In this document: positions 32,511 to 45,827 of the stretch, in pieces
Layout: each line of letters starts with the position of its first letter
Numbering within the stretch: position 1 is the stretch's first letter
Source of the DNA: Phoronis australis
Lineage: Eukaryota; Animalia; Phoronida
NCBI GenBank assembly: GCA_002633005.1
Contig: NMRA01000147.1
Location: 62,001-126,000, forward strand
DNA length: 64,000 nt
Reading direction: 5' to 3'
Notes under the pieces: generated by a model
Told to the model about the DNA's origin: nothing
The model's input: only the letters and a program-made list of their open reading frames with translations
Database searches by the model: none
Translations under genes and position numbers: made by a program

Positions 32511-35500
32511 TGCTAACTCTCGCACGTGACCTATGAATTCCATAGAGCTATGCGACCCGAGTCTCGGCTAGCTGTGAGAGTTTGCACTTGAATGCCCGGT
32601 ATTGAAAATTCTATTAGAAAGTTTGTGGAGAAGTTCTACTAGGCATTTTCACGAAAGACGTCGCTCTAGTCGGTTAGCGACTAGCCTTTCACATATGGCA
32701 CATCACATTTACAAAATACCACGAAAAACGGGCGATGAGGCTGGATCTCGCGAGATCATATCGGTTCGTATCCACGCCAAATAAACCGCAAAAAAACGTT
32801 TCGTCATTGTTGTAATTTGAATGCATTTTGTAGCAGTTAGGACTAAATTCTTAAAAATGGTAAATATAATCCTTGTAGATGAGAAACTCGTTTATGTATC
32901 AAAATAAAGACTTATCTCCCTTGTCATGCAAACTCTGGGAATTCCCGAGTAGAATCGCGACGAATGCGGACGATATTGGAGTACCTGTAGTATTAATTGA
33001 AGCAATATTAAAACGAAAAACATCATTGAAACGGTTTAGTTACCACTAAGTGAACATAAAAGGTTCACTGTGCGATTAAAATAAAACTAGCAGAAGAAGC
33101 ACAGTTGATAGGTCAACTAATTGCTCTTTTGACGTTCCCACACTGAACTGCAATTTGTTCGCTTATTAGCCATGTAGTTCACCAAACTTTAGTAGATCTT
33201 TGCCGTGCACTAACAGCTCCCCGAAAGTTGCCGGGGCCGGCGATGCGACCTGGTATTCCCCCCCCCCAAAAAAACGGAAACCCAATTCCGCCGCGCTCTG
33301 GGGCCTCCTGTTCCTTGTTGGAGAACTCCATATTTCTGTACGCTCCACGCTGTTGCTGTTTAATGCACCAGCCGGGGGAGGGGGGGTCCCCTGCCCCCCT
33401 AAATCCGCCTATGACTAATTACAATACCAGAACAGCAACAATTTTTTTGCGACACATTAGTGATGTTGATACAGATGATGAAGAAACTAATGGTGACATT
33501 TTGTAGTACTGTTCCAGTGGCGTATCAGGGACCAGAAGGGGGGGCCCCCAACACATTGCCTCGGGAGATTGGGCAGAGCGAGGTTGTATGTGTACAGGCG
33601 TCCCGAAAGTTGCGGGGGGCCCGGAATATGAAGCTTCTGTTCGAGAAATCTATCGACTAAAAAAATTTTAAAAATACAAAACGGGAGAAACACAGTGGTA
33701 CCTATGTCACCCAGCTATAGCTGTATGAAGACTTTTGTCAAAATCATTTTATTGTGTTCCTGCAGGGTTCGATGTTATGAATATCGCCTGGTGGCATTTT
33801 GCATCCTAGCCAAAATCCAGCTAGCATTCATAAATGTCAGGTCGCAAAATTTTACCGCCATTTTTACGTGCCAAAATTGATTTTAAGAGCACCGAGAAAT
33901 TTTTAGATTATGCTCAAAATCTAAATAACACACTGAGTAGGTCTACATTTATACTATCCTAACTTGGGTCGTAGATTTTTTGCGCCTAATGAACCTAATT
34001 GTGAGTGTTGCTGTGTTGAAAATCATTCTCCTGGGCCTATTTGAAAAATTCAGAGTTTTACCAATAATTTTTTCACTCCTCTTTTCAAATATTACACCAA
34101 AAATTACACAAAATGCTCTCCATAAAAAGTATGGTCATCTAGGCTAGATTGTAATCAGGTGATCGCATAACGCTAAACCCTCGTGAGAGACCGCCCCGAG
34201 ATGGCTGCTGGAGCAACTCGGGGCGGTCTGGGATCACGCGGAAAAACCACAGGGTAAATCTGTGGTCGACGAATCTATTCGGTCGATTACGTTTTATTGC
34301 CCGTGAAGCCGCTAAGGGCTGCCTGAAGAAATATGACTCGCGCGTTTGTATTTTCGAATTTTTCAATGACATGTAAAAGATTCATCAACAAATTCCTCGT
34401 AAAATTCTGAAAACAAGCGTTTTTCTCCCACGAAAATCGATGAAGTTTTGGCCGAGATATTTACCTTTCAGTCCAGGCTAGCCCTGCACACTCAGAGAAT
34501 CGTCACACAAGATTACTACGCGGTAATGCGGTTTCACTGTCAACAAAGGAAGACGTCAAAATCGACTTATAATTGTCATTTTTAAACTATTTGCATGTTA
34601 AATTATCAAAATGTAAGTAAAATCGTACTCTATATTTTAACAAGAAAACAGCAGTTTCATTTTGGTGAACATGTCTATAAGGACCTAACTCGCGCATGGT
34701 GGTGAGTAGTGAGTCCGGCCAACACGTGAGGATGGCTGTGTTGTTGTTTTTGCTCTCAACTCAAAAGTAGCCGTTTCAAAATGGAAGATGGACAGAAAAT
34801 GCAGGCAGTTGACGAAAACGGCCATTGGAAGGAAGCAATTGAGCGGGGAGTAAATGACAGCGCTGGGAATTCACGTCGGTTTTCCTGGATGGCCGTCTGA
34901 GTTTGACCAGCTCGTCGAGCCGTGATTCGTGAGAGGCTGAGCCGATCGACTACGTCGGGCTCGGTACCTGGACCTGGTGAAGAAAAACGTAAGTATTTTT
35001 TTGTCATCCCTTATGCTCGCATGATGCTGTTGGCTGTATAGATAAAGTATACCGTGTTTGCGTGGGATTTTGTGTTCATGAAATTACAGACTATGTACAT
35101 CTACCACATTTAAAGTCAGAGAAACATTGTTACTTAGTGAAAGATAAACGTCTGAGCGAATATACCATGGTGCCTTCAATGTTGTGTTTGTTCTTTGTGA
35201 AGTAGATTTACTGTAACAAGTCCGATGTTGTCGGATTGAATTGGTATTCCGGGATTTTCAATGCCAGTGGCAGATCCAGAATTTTTGGAATGGTGTTCGC
35301 AAATGAAATAATGTCAAGCCATTGTTTTAAATTACCATTTAAGTTTTATTAATAAGAGGTGGAGACAGCAATCTTCAGCCGTGTCTTTGTTACCTTGTTC
35401 TCATTTCTTTACATTTGTTTATGTTTCATTTCATTGTTTTCTGTAGATCCCCCCAACCCCCTTGCCATAGTGCACTCTCTGTTGACTGAATTTGATGACA

Positions 35501-38500
35501 TAATATATTGATAAGCCATTGTATTCTGCATACCAGTACTAGCTTAACCCTTAGTCCTGCACACCTGGCCCTATTGTTCACTCTTGACTTTTGTTTACAA
35601 AATAATCCAGTCCAGTCTACACCCTGATTGCTTAGTTTAATATTTACCAGTGAGTAAACTGTATTTCACTTGTTGAACCTTTTCTTACTATCATGCAGCT
35701 CTTGCTTGACAGTGCACATGTACTTTTATCTCCTCTTTTTCGAACCACTCATTAAAGCGTTTTATGGGGTTTGGTTTCTTTTCATGAATGTTTTCATCGT
35801 TGGTTTCTAATTCGTTCAACTGCTTCCCAAAACTCCTGAGTCCTGAGCATTGAGCAACACTCAACAATCCCTCTAAAAAATGATGCCCTTCCAAACAGTG
35901 ATGTGACCTTCTGACTACATGAGTGTAAGCTGTGGTACACTACTGCACGTGCACAAGGTCATCAGCACCAGAAGTTTTAAAATCACACCACCAAAACTGT
36001 GACTGTTTACATTTCAGAGAGCTTGCCGTGACAATTTCAAGAAGGTATACCGCTTGACAGTTGCATTTATGTACACGTTGAAGCCTGGAGAATACAGACT
36101 TGATCAGGGCTTGGGATTTCCGTCTTTTAAGAGGAATTCCTTTTTTGGTGTCGATTTTCTCTGATTGGATTTCCAGTTTCCTCTTTTTATGATTTTTTCG
36201 ACTTCATTAAATGTTTAGTTCAGGTAAATTTTACATCCAAAAATGTCTATCACCCAAACCTATTTTTTGTGTATCATACATCAGCTGGAAATTTCTCCGC
36301 TGTTTTTGTTATTGCTCATTCCAAGCTCTGCTTATTTTTCGTGAAGTAACTAGAATGGATTTCATAACATACCAGTTTATTGTACTGGATTCTTCTTGGG
36401 TTTATCAACTGTAAACTAACACTAATAGGAGCATAGGATAATAGCCACCTGTCTTAAGTTCGCACAAAAGTAGAGTACAAAATTCCAAACGTAATTTCGA
36501 GTTCCAATTCCTGTAAAAAGATCAATGACAGGGCCCAGGTATCAATTCCGGTATTTTTGGCACTTAATCGTGTTTGAAAGTGTTGTACTGTGTTTGGAAA
36601 TTTGTTTGAAAAGCTGTTTTTTTTTTGCTGAACAGCGTATGACCTTACTGGATTTAAGGGCCCCACCAGAGCATTTATTAGTGTGCCCTCCACTCATTTC
36701 CAATGTTCTATGTATATCAAATGCTTTGAGATGCCAGCAGGGTAGTATTCTGCATGCAGCTTTGTTGACCATTGTGGTCAGTGAGAATGTCCTACTCACA
36801 TGTGTATGAATGCATAGTGTGTGCACCTCATTCATGTACCACACCAGTATTGCCTGTGTGGTTATGGAAATGTGTAAGCTGCTTGTGTTGTATGGGCATT
36901 GTTGAGCTTGAAATGCTAGTTTTACTCCTATAAAACTAGGGATGTATTTATTGCGACATGTCTCCGTTATTGTTGTTACTAGTTTATTGCTTAACCAGTG
37001 TATCTATTTTGAATATTCTTCAAGCCTTGGATGACTGATCTTTTCAGTTTAGGATAGTTATTGTTTGCATCCCAAGAAATGAATTACATACTGTCTTTTT
37101 TAGTATTTTTATTCAGTGACTCCTGGTGTGGTTTTGAAAATGGTTGTTTTTTAGGCTGAAATGCAGATTTTTTACCAAGTTCTGCAATGACCCTGTCATT
37201 TCCACATGGTTATCTTGAAAAGCAAATTCTTGTATACATATTATTGTCATCTTGTGAGGTGTGCAATTTATTGCGGTTTTCAGTGACTGGTTCCACCAGG
37301 GATAGCAGTATTGTGCACCTACCGGTACTTTGCTCAAACCCATGTTTCATATTATTATATTGATAACTTTTCCTCGTGAAGGTAGTGATCTCAGCAGTTA
37401 TATCACTTATGGTGTTTTGTCAAGTAGTAGAACCTTGTACTGCTATGACACAAATTTTGAAGGTTTCTATGTTGTAGTTAAGTCCCACTTTAAATATTTT
37501 GCTCACCATGTGAGTTATTGTTTACATGGAGGGATTCATACTTATGGATGATCTCATCAGGGATTGCATGTAACACTATTTGGGTGTGTATATTTGTTAC
37601 ATGTTCATTGTATAAAGTGTATTGTTTATATTGCAGAGTTTATAATTGTTAGTTAAAAAGATTTCGGTAGGTTATCTCAACAGTGCTTAGTGCATGTTTT
37701 GCTCATCCTGTGAAATGTAATATTTATACTGAAGAGTTTATCATCGCTAGTGCCTGTGTCCCTTATTGCTTTTCCCATAGTATGAACAACTAGTCATGTT
37801 AACGTTTGAAATTCTCATGTACAATATATATTACACTCTTCCGAAATCTTACACTTATTTTCATTGCCCAAGCACTAATCTGAAGAGTGGCCTACTAGTT
37901 ATGTGGAATGCGCACAATGCATTGTTAAAGCGAGGTGATCGTATGCCGCTGGGTTTTTGTTTTCTTACTCTTTGTGAACGCAGTGCCTGTAATTCGCATT
38001 TATTCCTAAGTTTATGCAATCATTTTAAATTACAAAACATGAAACCCTGGGAACCGGTGGGGCAGTTAAATTTTGACATCGACAATATATACGTGTCATT
38101 TGAAGTAGTAGCCCGTTGTAGGGTGCCACGACCAAAAATATGGGTACACATCACATGTTTAACCACAAACAACAAGTGAAAGAGTTACTTTTTCAGGTAA
38201 GCGACGCGTTGCGCGCTTTGGTTGTTTTTGTCCGTTTTAGGTGGCAAGTGGCGCTTTTTTCTTTGACGATTTCGCTGAGGTACGTTTCAGAAAATCGTAC
38301 TGTAGGCCTAAGTCATTTTTTCTGTGCCAGTTCATTTAGGTACACAGCAACTGAAAAAATGGATAAATCACGTCATTTTAAATCTCCATATCGCTCCGTT
38401 ATGGCCACTTCGACTTGGATGGATTTTGGCTCTTTCAAACACTCCTCCATGCTCTATTTTTTGAAGTTCGTTAACGAAAACGCGTACCAGGATGTAAGGT

Positions 38501-39477
38501 TCGTGCCCTCCCCCTCGAGTTTTAGTTGGTAATTTTGACATGAAGATGATGGTGATATTTATGCGTTCCTTGACGAGAATTCCAGCAAGTCAAGTTTTGC
38601 CTAATTCAGCTTTTCATTCATTTTTATACCGTGTATGGTCGCTGGCAAAATAAGATACCATCAAGATTTTAGTCTAGATGTTTCCTAACTCGATTTTTAG
38701 CCATAACACTGAGCGCGCAAGAGAAGACGGAACATATTTGCGACGTTTCGTTTACTCAAAGTTAATGAGCCTAAACCTCAGAAAATATTTGTTTTCTCTT
38801 TCTCGCTTATAATGATTTTCAAGGGTTTCCGTTATTCAATTTCGGCAAGGTCGTCGCTTTCTCGCAAAACTACCTATTGGATGATCAATTACGCACTTAT
38901 TTGCTCTCCGTTTTAACGTTGATCATCGTCAATACACCTCCAAAAATTGCACATCGTCTTTGCGCAAACTACATTGAGATTTAAGTCTCCCGAAAAAAGT
39001 TGACGATCGGATAGTGTTTAAAAGTCTAATTCTAAATTTCCCCAGTTAGTGCACAAATGAAGTAAAAGAAAGTAGTTCTGCTTGTGGTGTCAGCTGTTGG
39101 TATCATTATCTCGATTTATGACCCACAATGCCTGACTGGACAAAGCCTTTTCAATTTAGCCGCTGGAGCGTGAGACCCCTGAGGTCCCAATAGAGTCCTC
39201 ACCACAACTTGGCATTATGGTATTGGTATGAGGGAAGCCAATTATCCTTACTGGTGACTGGATGAATAGATCAGCTAGGAGGGATCCTTTTATACTGAAG
39301 CCATGGCAGCCAGTGCAACACATTCTAGGTGGATAAATACCCTCTAGTTCAATCTGTTGAACCCCACTGTTTTCCCTGATCAGTAGGATTTGACATAACC
39401 TCATTCAGTGAGAATGTTCATGACCTGGTTTTAAGATATTTGGCTACATTGGAGAGTTTTCCTCATACTGTTGAGAA

Positions 39478-39752
39478 CAGTGGTGGATTTAGGGGGGGGG
39501 GGCTTGTGCACCCCACCTGAAATTCTCCCACATTTCATTTGGCTGTTCAGGGTGCGAATTGCTGACTAGCATATGTGCGCAGGCAGGGGGAGGCGAATGC
39601 AGAATGCATAGGCCCTGAACAAATCCCGTTTCTTTTTAGTAATATGGTCTACAAACCCCTATATCCCTACATTTTAGGCTGGATGCACGCATGAGGTGAT
39701 TCCTGAGCCTTGCCCCAACCCCCCCCAACTCAAAATCGTGGATCCGCCCCTG
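39478..39752. mobile_element. Short element of the CAGTGGCGGAT-terminus type
   Basis: Ends cagtggtggatttaggg / ggatccgcccctg. Confidence 0.6.
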
Positions 39753-39887
39753 GAGAGATATGAAAATTGATGAATTTTGTAATAAAAGTGAAATCTTTAA
39801 CATTCAGTGGTCCAAAACCATCTCACTTCCTCTCTACCAACAGTGCCATGGCCCTACTTTCAGAAACCCCCAATCACACTTACTGTA

Positions 39888-39954
39888 AATGTAGAGCAAC
39901 TTAGCACAGGGAAGCTGTAAGTTACAGCTTCCCTGTGCTAAGTTGCTCTACATT
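39888..39954. repeat. Perfect palindrome, 33-bp arms with a 1-nt spacer
   Basis: aatgtagagcaacttagcacagggaagctgtaa-g-ttacagcttccctgtgctaagttgctctacatt. Confidence 0.95.
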
Positions 39955-40370
39955 ACATAACCTGATCTGATAACAAGCCTACACTGCAGAGGAAGATGTT
40001 TGTGTAGGGTACTGATTACATAACATTTACATCAATGAAAAGAGCTTTAGTTGGTTTGAACTTAACTGCAGCTGATGGCCTAGGATAAGCATTCAGGTGA
40101 GAAATGCTGATTGAGTAAAACTTGCCCCTTAGCCAATGTGACAATGAAGAAAATGCATCAATTCCATTGCTCTTTCCAGTAAGAACAAAATATGTTAAAG
40201 AAAAGGGGAATGCTCAAAATTGTGAAAGGCCATGGGGTGTATCACTGGACAACAATCATTTGTCTTTCAAACAAGATATTTTGTACAACAATGAGACAAC
40301 TTTTAACAAGCTGATCAATAAGTAATATTTTGAAAATTTTAATACATGTTTTGAGGCAGTTATATATATA

Positions 40371-41310
40371 CTAGCCGTTACCCCTTCTTTCGCTCGGGTA
40401 GCAGCTAGTGGGAAACGCTGAGGGAGGGAAATAGCTCACCTAAGAGTGAACCGAGTGTTCATCACAAGAGACAGGAATACTTTTTGAAGAGACCGTGTTC
40501 AAAGCTGTCAGATATTAGTAAGCAAGGTGTGGGCTACGGGATTCTTTCCCCAGGCAGTACAAATTTCTTTCCAGAACATTTGACACTGCCGTAACACAAA
40601 GTACGGTAATCAGATATTCTTTTAAAGTGAAAACTAAGAATGCATTTAAAATATTGTATGGTACAAAAACTATATAGATGTGTTTACAAAAGTTGCATCA
40701 TAAATGTACATACTGAGGTAGAAAGCCAGTTAGCTGTATGAAGACTATCGTCAAAGACACACTGCAGATGCACTCACTGCAGGTAGCCGTGTGCAGAGCT
40801 CCGTTAAACACCAAAATTTCACACCGCGGGTGTTCAGCTCGTCATCTCGTCGTGAAACTTAGAGCTAACAACCTGCAGGGGCGCATCCAGAAGCTGGGAA
40901 TAAACCGACATTCACCTTGCCCGTTACGGCCGTTCATACATGTAGAAGTACAAAAACCTGAGTGAAATTAAGCCGACCGGACGGAGTGACGTCATCCAGG
41001 CCATTGAGCCGATGAATTGACGTCACCAAGGCCAGTACGGAACTGGCCACCCTCCCACTGCCATTGCGTCACCTATTGGCCAATTTCCATGTTCTTCAAT
41101 CAACTGTGAGGTTGCGTACATGTCCGATAACAATCGGAAGTGGTTTCATTTAGTCCAATTTCAGAACAAACTCTCGAGAAATATCGCGGAATTTTAGGAA
41201 AAAGCGCGTACGTGCGAGTGACACGAGTATGTACTGTTTTCAAAACAACGACAGATTTTCCAGTGTTACCGGTACAAGGCGGAGAATAACGCCAGAAATT
41301 TGTAACATGC
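40371..41310 (-). mobile_element. Non-autonomous Helitron-like element, copy A
   Basis: The - strand ends in a hairpin plus CTAG|T (cccgagcgaaagaaggggtaacggctag); 40450-40950 is an inverted homolog of 43863-44338. Confidence 0.55.
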
Positions 41311-42020
41311 ACTACTGCGCATGCGCTAAATCTTTCCATCAGCCCTCCATCAGAAATACACAAGAACAGGCTATAATCAGCAATTTACAAGTGAGGGGAG
41401 ATAACTACACAATTTGCCGATAGCCTGTGGCACAGAGTGTAATGTTAAGACTTGTTACTGCCAAATATAAGCGTCATTGGTGAAAAAATTTCCACGTCTC
41501 TTGAAGTTTGAAGTTTGCCCCATTGTGGCCTATGCTAACGATCGTCCGGAAGCCAATATTTGAGCGCATAGCTCATTTTGAAGTCAAGTTTGTGACTGAA
41601 TTCATTTTGCCATCGGATTTGCCGATAGCCTAGGTGACTACCAGGAGTACTCAGAGGTTGCTGATCCAAATTTCATGCAGTTTTTCGAAAAATTTTCCAC
41701 GTCTCTTGTCATGTTCAGAAAATAGATCCACGTACAGTGCTGTGAAATGAAATATTGCCGATCGCCTAGTTGTCTTGCATTGAAATTTGCACTCTGTAGA
41801 TGAAAGACTAGCTCAGAATCGGTAAGAAACTGTTATGTTTATTTTTTCATCCGGTATGAGTTTAGAAATACATTCGAAGTTTGAAAAAAGTCGGATTTTA
41901 TACAGATTTATTCCGGATGTCGTCTGTGATCAGTAGTTGATCCTATAGTTATCTTCAAAATGTTGTTCCGTTTTTGTGATCCACAGCCACAGTACGTTGT
42001 CCTTCGTCTTAATTCAAAAC

Positions 42021-43003
42021 CAGTGGCAGATCTAGGATATCACAAGGGGGGGCCAACATTTTGTCCGGCTGTAAGCATTTACGCAAACTGAACCACGATT
42101 GTAGATGCGCATAGCACCGAATAGGGGAAGGTCGGGAGGGGGGTTTTTCTGTTTTTACATCTAAAAATCAAGCATTTTCCTTGATTCCTGAAGTATTATC
42201 CAAGAAAAAAAGGCAAAAAAAAAACACGGAGAACGTGTAAAACAGGAAAAACTGTGAGAATCAAAGACTCGAACTTGCGACCTGGCGGCTAGAGAGCGCC
42301 GGCGTTACCACTACACCACCACGATTTAACTACCAAACTCATACTAAGAGACCTACTTGTGTATGGTCCACAGTGTTTGCGCACGAAACCTACTTCTTTT
42401 TGTAATGCTTTTTACGCGTTTTATATTTTGTGCCATCAATTCTTAACAAATTTGTCGTATTTAAAATAGTCTTTAAATGCCCAAAAGACCAAATCCGTTT
42501 TTCGTGTTGGCAATAATGACGGGATTGCTTTGGAAATCGTCTTAAGATAAGGTTTGACAAGGAGAGTATTGCGAGTTTCTGAGTGATTCACTAAGGCTTC
42601 GGTTAAAATTCACATTTTACCAGCAGCTTCTGTTTTTTCATCGTCACTCAGGTTCCATTTTCTTTAAAAAATGAAGTAAATTTTCTTCATTGCACAGTTG
42701 AGCAGACGACAGAAACGGAGTCGTAGTGCACAGCGTCACTGCCGGTCGCCTGGGATATCGCGGGAAAGCCTATACTTAGCCATAGTTCCGTTACAAATGC
42801 GCCGTGTTCCGAATTTGACACTTGAAATTGGATTTGAGCCTCCCCCCTCCCCAACACTAAAACTGCACACATTTAAATCTTTTTTCATCCGTATAATTTT
42901 CATTACCGGGGTTAATTAATAAACTCAACATTTCCCTACGCTCTTACTGTTTTATTTGTTTTGCGGTAGCCTGGGCCCCCCCCCCCCCCTAAATCCGCCT
43001 ATT
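42021..43003. mobile_element. Second copy of the ~1-kb CAGTGGCGGAT element
   Basis: Starts cagtggcagatctaggatatcacaagggg, ends aaatccgcctatt; colinear with 30089-31039. Confidence 0.8.
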
Positions 43004-43379
43004 CTGTTACTTAGGAGTGAATTCCGAACACAAATTTGTATTGGCAAACATCTGAAGATTAATAAAAAGCGCTTTGGCAGCCCGTTTAAGCCAATGCAAG
43101 CACACGCGGCTGGCTGGCGTTCAATTCACTTTTGTTTTGGTTATGTGTACAAGTTAAACAGTGAGTTGTGACCCCCAATGACCCAGCTAGCATTGTCGTA
43201 CTGTAGACTGTGGAATTCCAGAAATTCCAAATACTGTTATTGTAAACTTGACTTTGCTCTGCAGACTGCTGACTTCATGCAGGCTGACGGTACTAGCGCC
43301 CAAGCTTCCTGACCTTTAGCCTAACTATGCGCTGTTATGATTGGTTAGGAACATGGCGCTAAGCGTCACCTAGCGGATC

Positions 43380-44640
43380 AAGAATGTTACAAATTTCTGG
43401 CGTTGGCCCTTCGGCTTCTGTCACGTATACAATTCATCTGGCCCGTCGCTGCCAAAATTAATGATGCCTCATTAAAAAATCCTTACTCTTCCTTGAGTAA
43501 ACTAAATTATTTAGGCCTACCCTGGTGTTGGAAACTTGGCGTTCTTCAGTTTTTCTCCTGCTAAAATTGCGATGCCGCGCTCTTAGGGCGCCATTGCGTC
43601 ACCTGTTGGCCAATTTCCATGTTATTCAATCAAATGTGTGGTTGCGTACATGTCACAACAATCGCAAGTGGTTTCATTTCAGTACAAGTTTTTACTATGA
43701 TCAGAAACCCAATTTCAGAAAAAAAACTCTCGAGAGATATAGCAAAAATTTCGGAAATGGCGCATACGTGCGTTTGCCACAAGTATGCACTGTTTCCACA
43801 TGACCACAGATTTCCTTTGTTACAAAAGGCGGAGAATTACGAAGTTTATTATATTGTCTTTTTACTTCTATAAATGGCTGTAACGGACAAGGTGAATGTT
43901 GGTTCATTCCCAGATTCTGCATACACCCCCGTTGTTAGCTCTAAGTTTCACGACGAGGTGACAAGTTGAGCACCGGGGTTCGGTGATGATTTCGGTGTCT
44001 AACCGGAGCTCTACACACACTAGCTACCTGCTGTATGTTGACGATAGTCTTCATACAGCTAGCTAGCTTTCTACCTCAGCATGTACATTTATGATGCAAC
44101 TTTTGTAATATACAGAATTTTAAATGCATTCTTAGTTTTCACTTTAAAGAATATCTGATTACTGGACTTTGTGTTATGGCAGGGTCAAATGTTCTGGAAA
44201 GAAATTTGTTCTCCCTAGGGGGAGAATCTCGCAGCCGGACACCTTGCCTACAAAAATTTGACGGTGACTGAAATTCTGCTTGAAGCTTTGAACACGGCCT
44301 TTTCAAGAAGTATTCCTGTTTCTTGTGATGAACACTCAGAAATTCGTGAACTAGGCCATCCGCGAGGTGGCGATCGTCGTGTGAGTGTTTGCCAATCACA
44401 GTCTAGGTCAGAGGTCAGTTCCCTTGTTTTGCGTTTACACTCACGAAGGAGGTGATCGACAAGAATTGAAATTAACTTAAAAGTTTGGTGGAATCTGATA
44501 TTGATCACAGAATCTAAACTACCGAAGCACGTCGAGACTGTGGGCGAGGAATTTCGGCAAGTTGAACGTGTCATGGCTTGAGGAAAAGTGAAAACAGTGA
44601 GTATAAACATGCCAGGCATAGCTGGTGCAGCACAGCTCAG
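43380..44640 (+). mobile_element. Non-autonomous Helitron-like element, copy B (inverted relative to copy A)
   Basis: Inverted homology to 40450-40950; degenerate 3' hairpin/CTAG-like end gccaggcatagctggtgcagcacagctcag. Confidence 0.5.
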
Positions 44641-45827
44641 CTGATTCACAGGCGTCCTCAGCTTCTGATCGTCCCCAATACACTATATATAATACTACAA
44701 GGTATGACACTCCCGACTAGAAATTCCACGGGTGCTCGATCACTTCAGCCGTCCATAGCAAACATAAAACTCAATAAATTTACACAAAACAGAGGTTCGA
44801 CAAACCATGAAGAATTGTTCTTTCTCCCAATACCATTCACGGTGTCCTGTTCCGGCGACTTCGTAAGAAATTCGCAGTCAAAGAACAAAAATGTTCACAA
44901 AAAGCCCCCACACACTTTCATCGTGGGCCGCTCGAGGTCAAGGACGGTACGGAAATTGCCGGTGAGTTACGGAAGTACTCAAAATTGATTAATTTAGATA
45001 ACTGGTTGAAAGTCAAATTTATTGGTTAAATTTACATTAGTCACATAACCTGTCTCTAAATAACTATTTACGGTTTGTTTAGATTGATCTTGGCTTATAG
45101 TAGCGAGGACAGCATTCTTCAGCCAATCGCTTCGCGTATCTGTCACCGTGTTAAATTCGCTCACTACAATCGGCAAAAAATAACTCAAAAATGTAATAAA
45201 TGTGAATAAAAATTATTGAAAACTATGAAAGAATATATTGTCTTACTTATCTGATAATCTTTTTTTGTCGCAAAATTCGTTTAATAATACTTTGCACGAG
45301 TTTTTTGCAGGGACGTGACCGATTTTTCAGACCAAAATGGATGCCGGTAAAAATGAGTGCTATTTGGTTTTCAACCCAGGAGAAGACTAAACTCGCGAAT
45401 TTTTACGTGAAACTTCGTGAAAGAACAAAAGGGAGCCTTGCGAACACGATTATGTAAGTAGTTTTCACTTTCCTGCACTTAAAAGTTGAAAAAGTCGCCT
45501 GTTCCCGCGACCTTCAACTTCGAGCTGAATTTATTGGTATATAGAATAATTTGCGAATGTAATGAACTGTATTCCGCACTAAAGGGTTCATTAATGAACT
45601 ATTTCAAACACTTGTTCTAAACGAACATTTCGTCAATTTCTGACAATCGGGCGAATTTCTGACTCACTTCGTAGTTCCGGGTACTGCCGCTAGGGGTGGT
45701 CCTGTGAATCGCGTTGAATGTTTGGTTTACAATACTGAAGCACTTCAACTTTTGCTGATGAAAACTCAATGTAAAAGAGAACTAAACAGTCATTTCTCGT
45801 AGTGAGAACAATGATTCTTATATTTAA

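Noticed and set aside
33691-33730. CACAGTG heptamer as a Transib/RSS-like terminus
   Set aside because: No nonamer at 12/23 spacing and no matching opposite terminus or 5-bp TSD found
34173-34181. CTAAACCCT next to the hairpin cluster as a telomerase RNA template
   Set aside because: It would template TTTAGGG rather than the usual metazoan TTAGGG, and no pseudoknot or H/ACA features were recognised
39210-39360. KPIILTGDW motif resembling a LINE AP-endonuclease remnant
   Set aside because: Very short, flanked by stops, no further motifs; too weak to call
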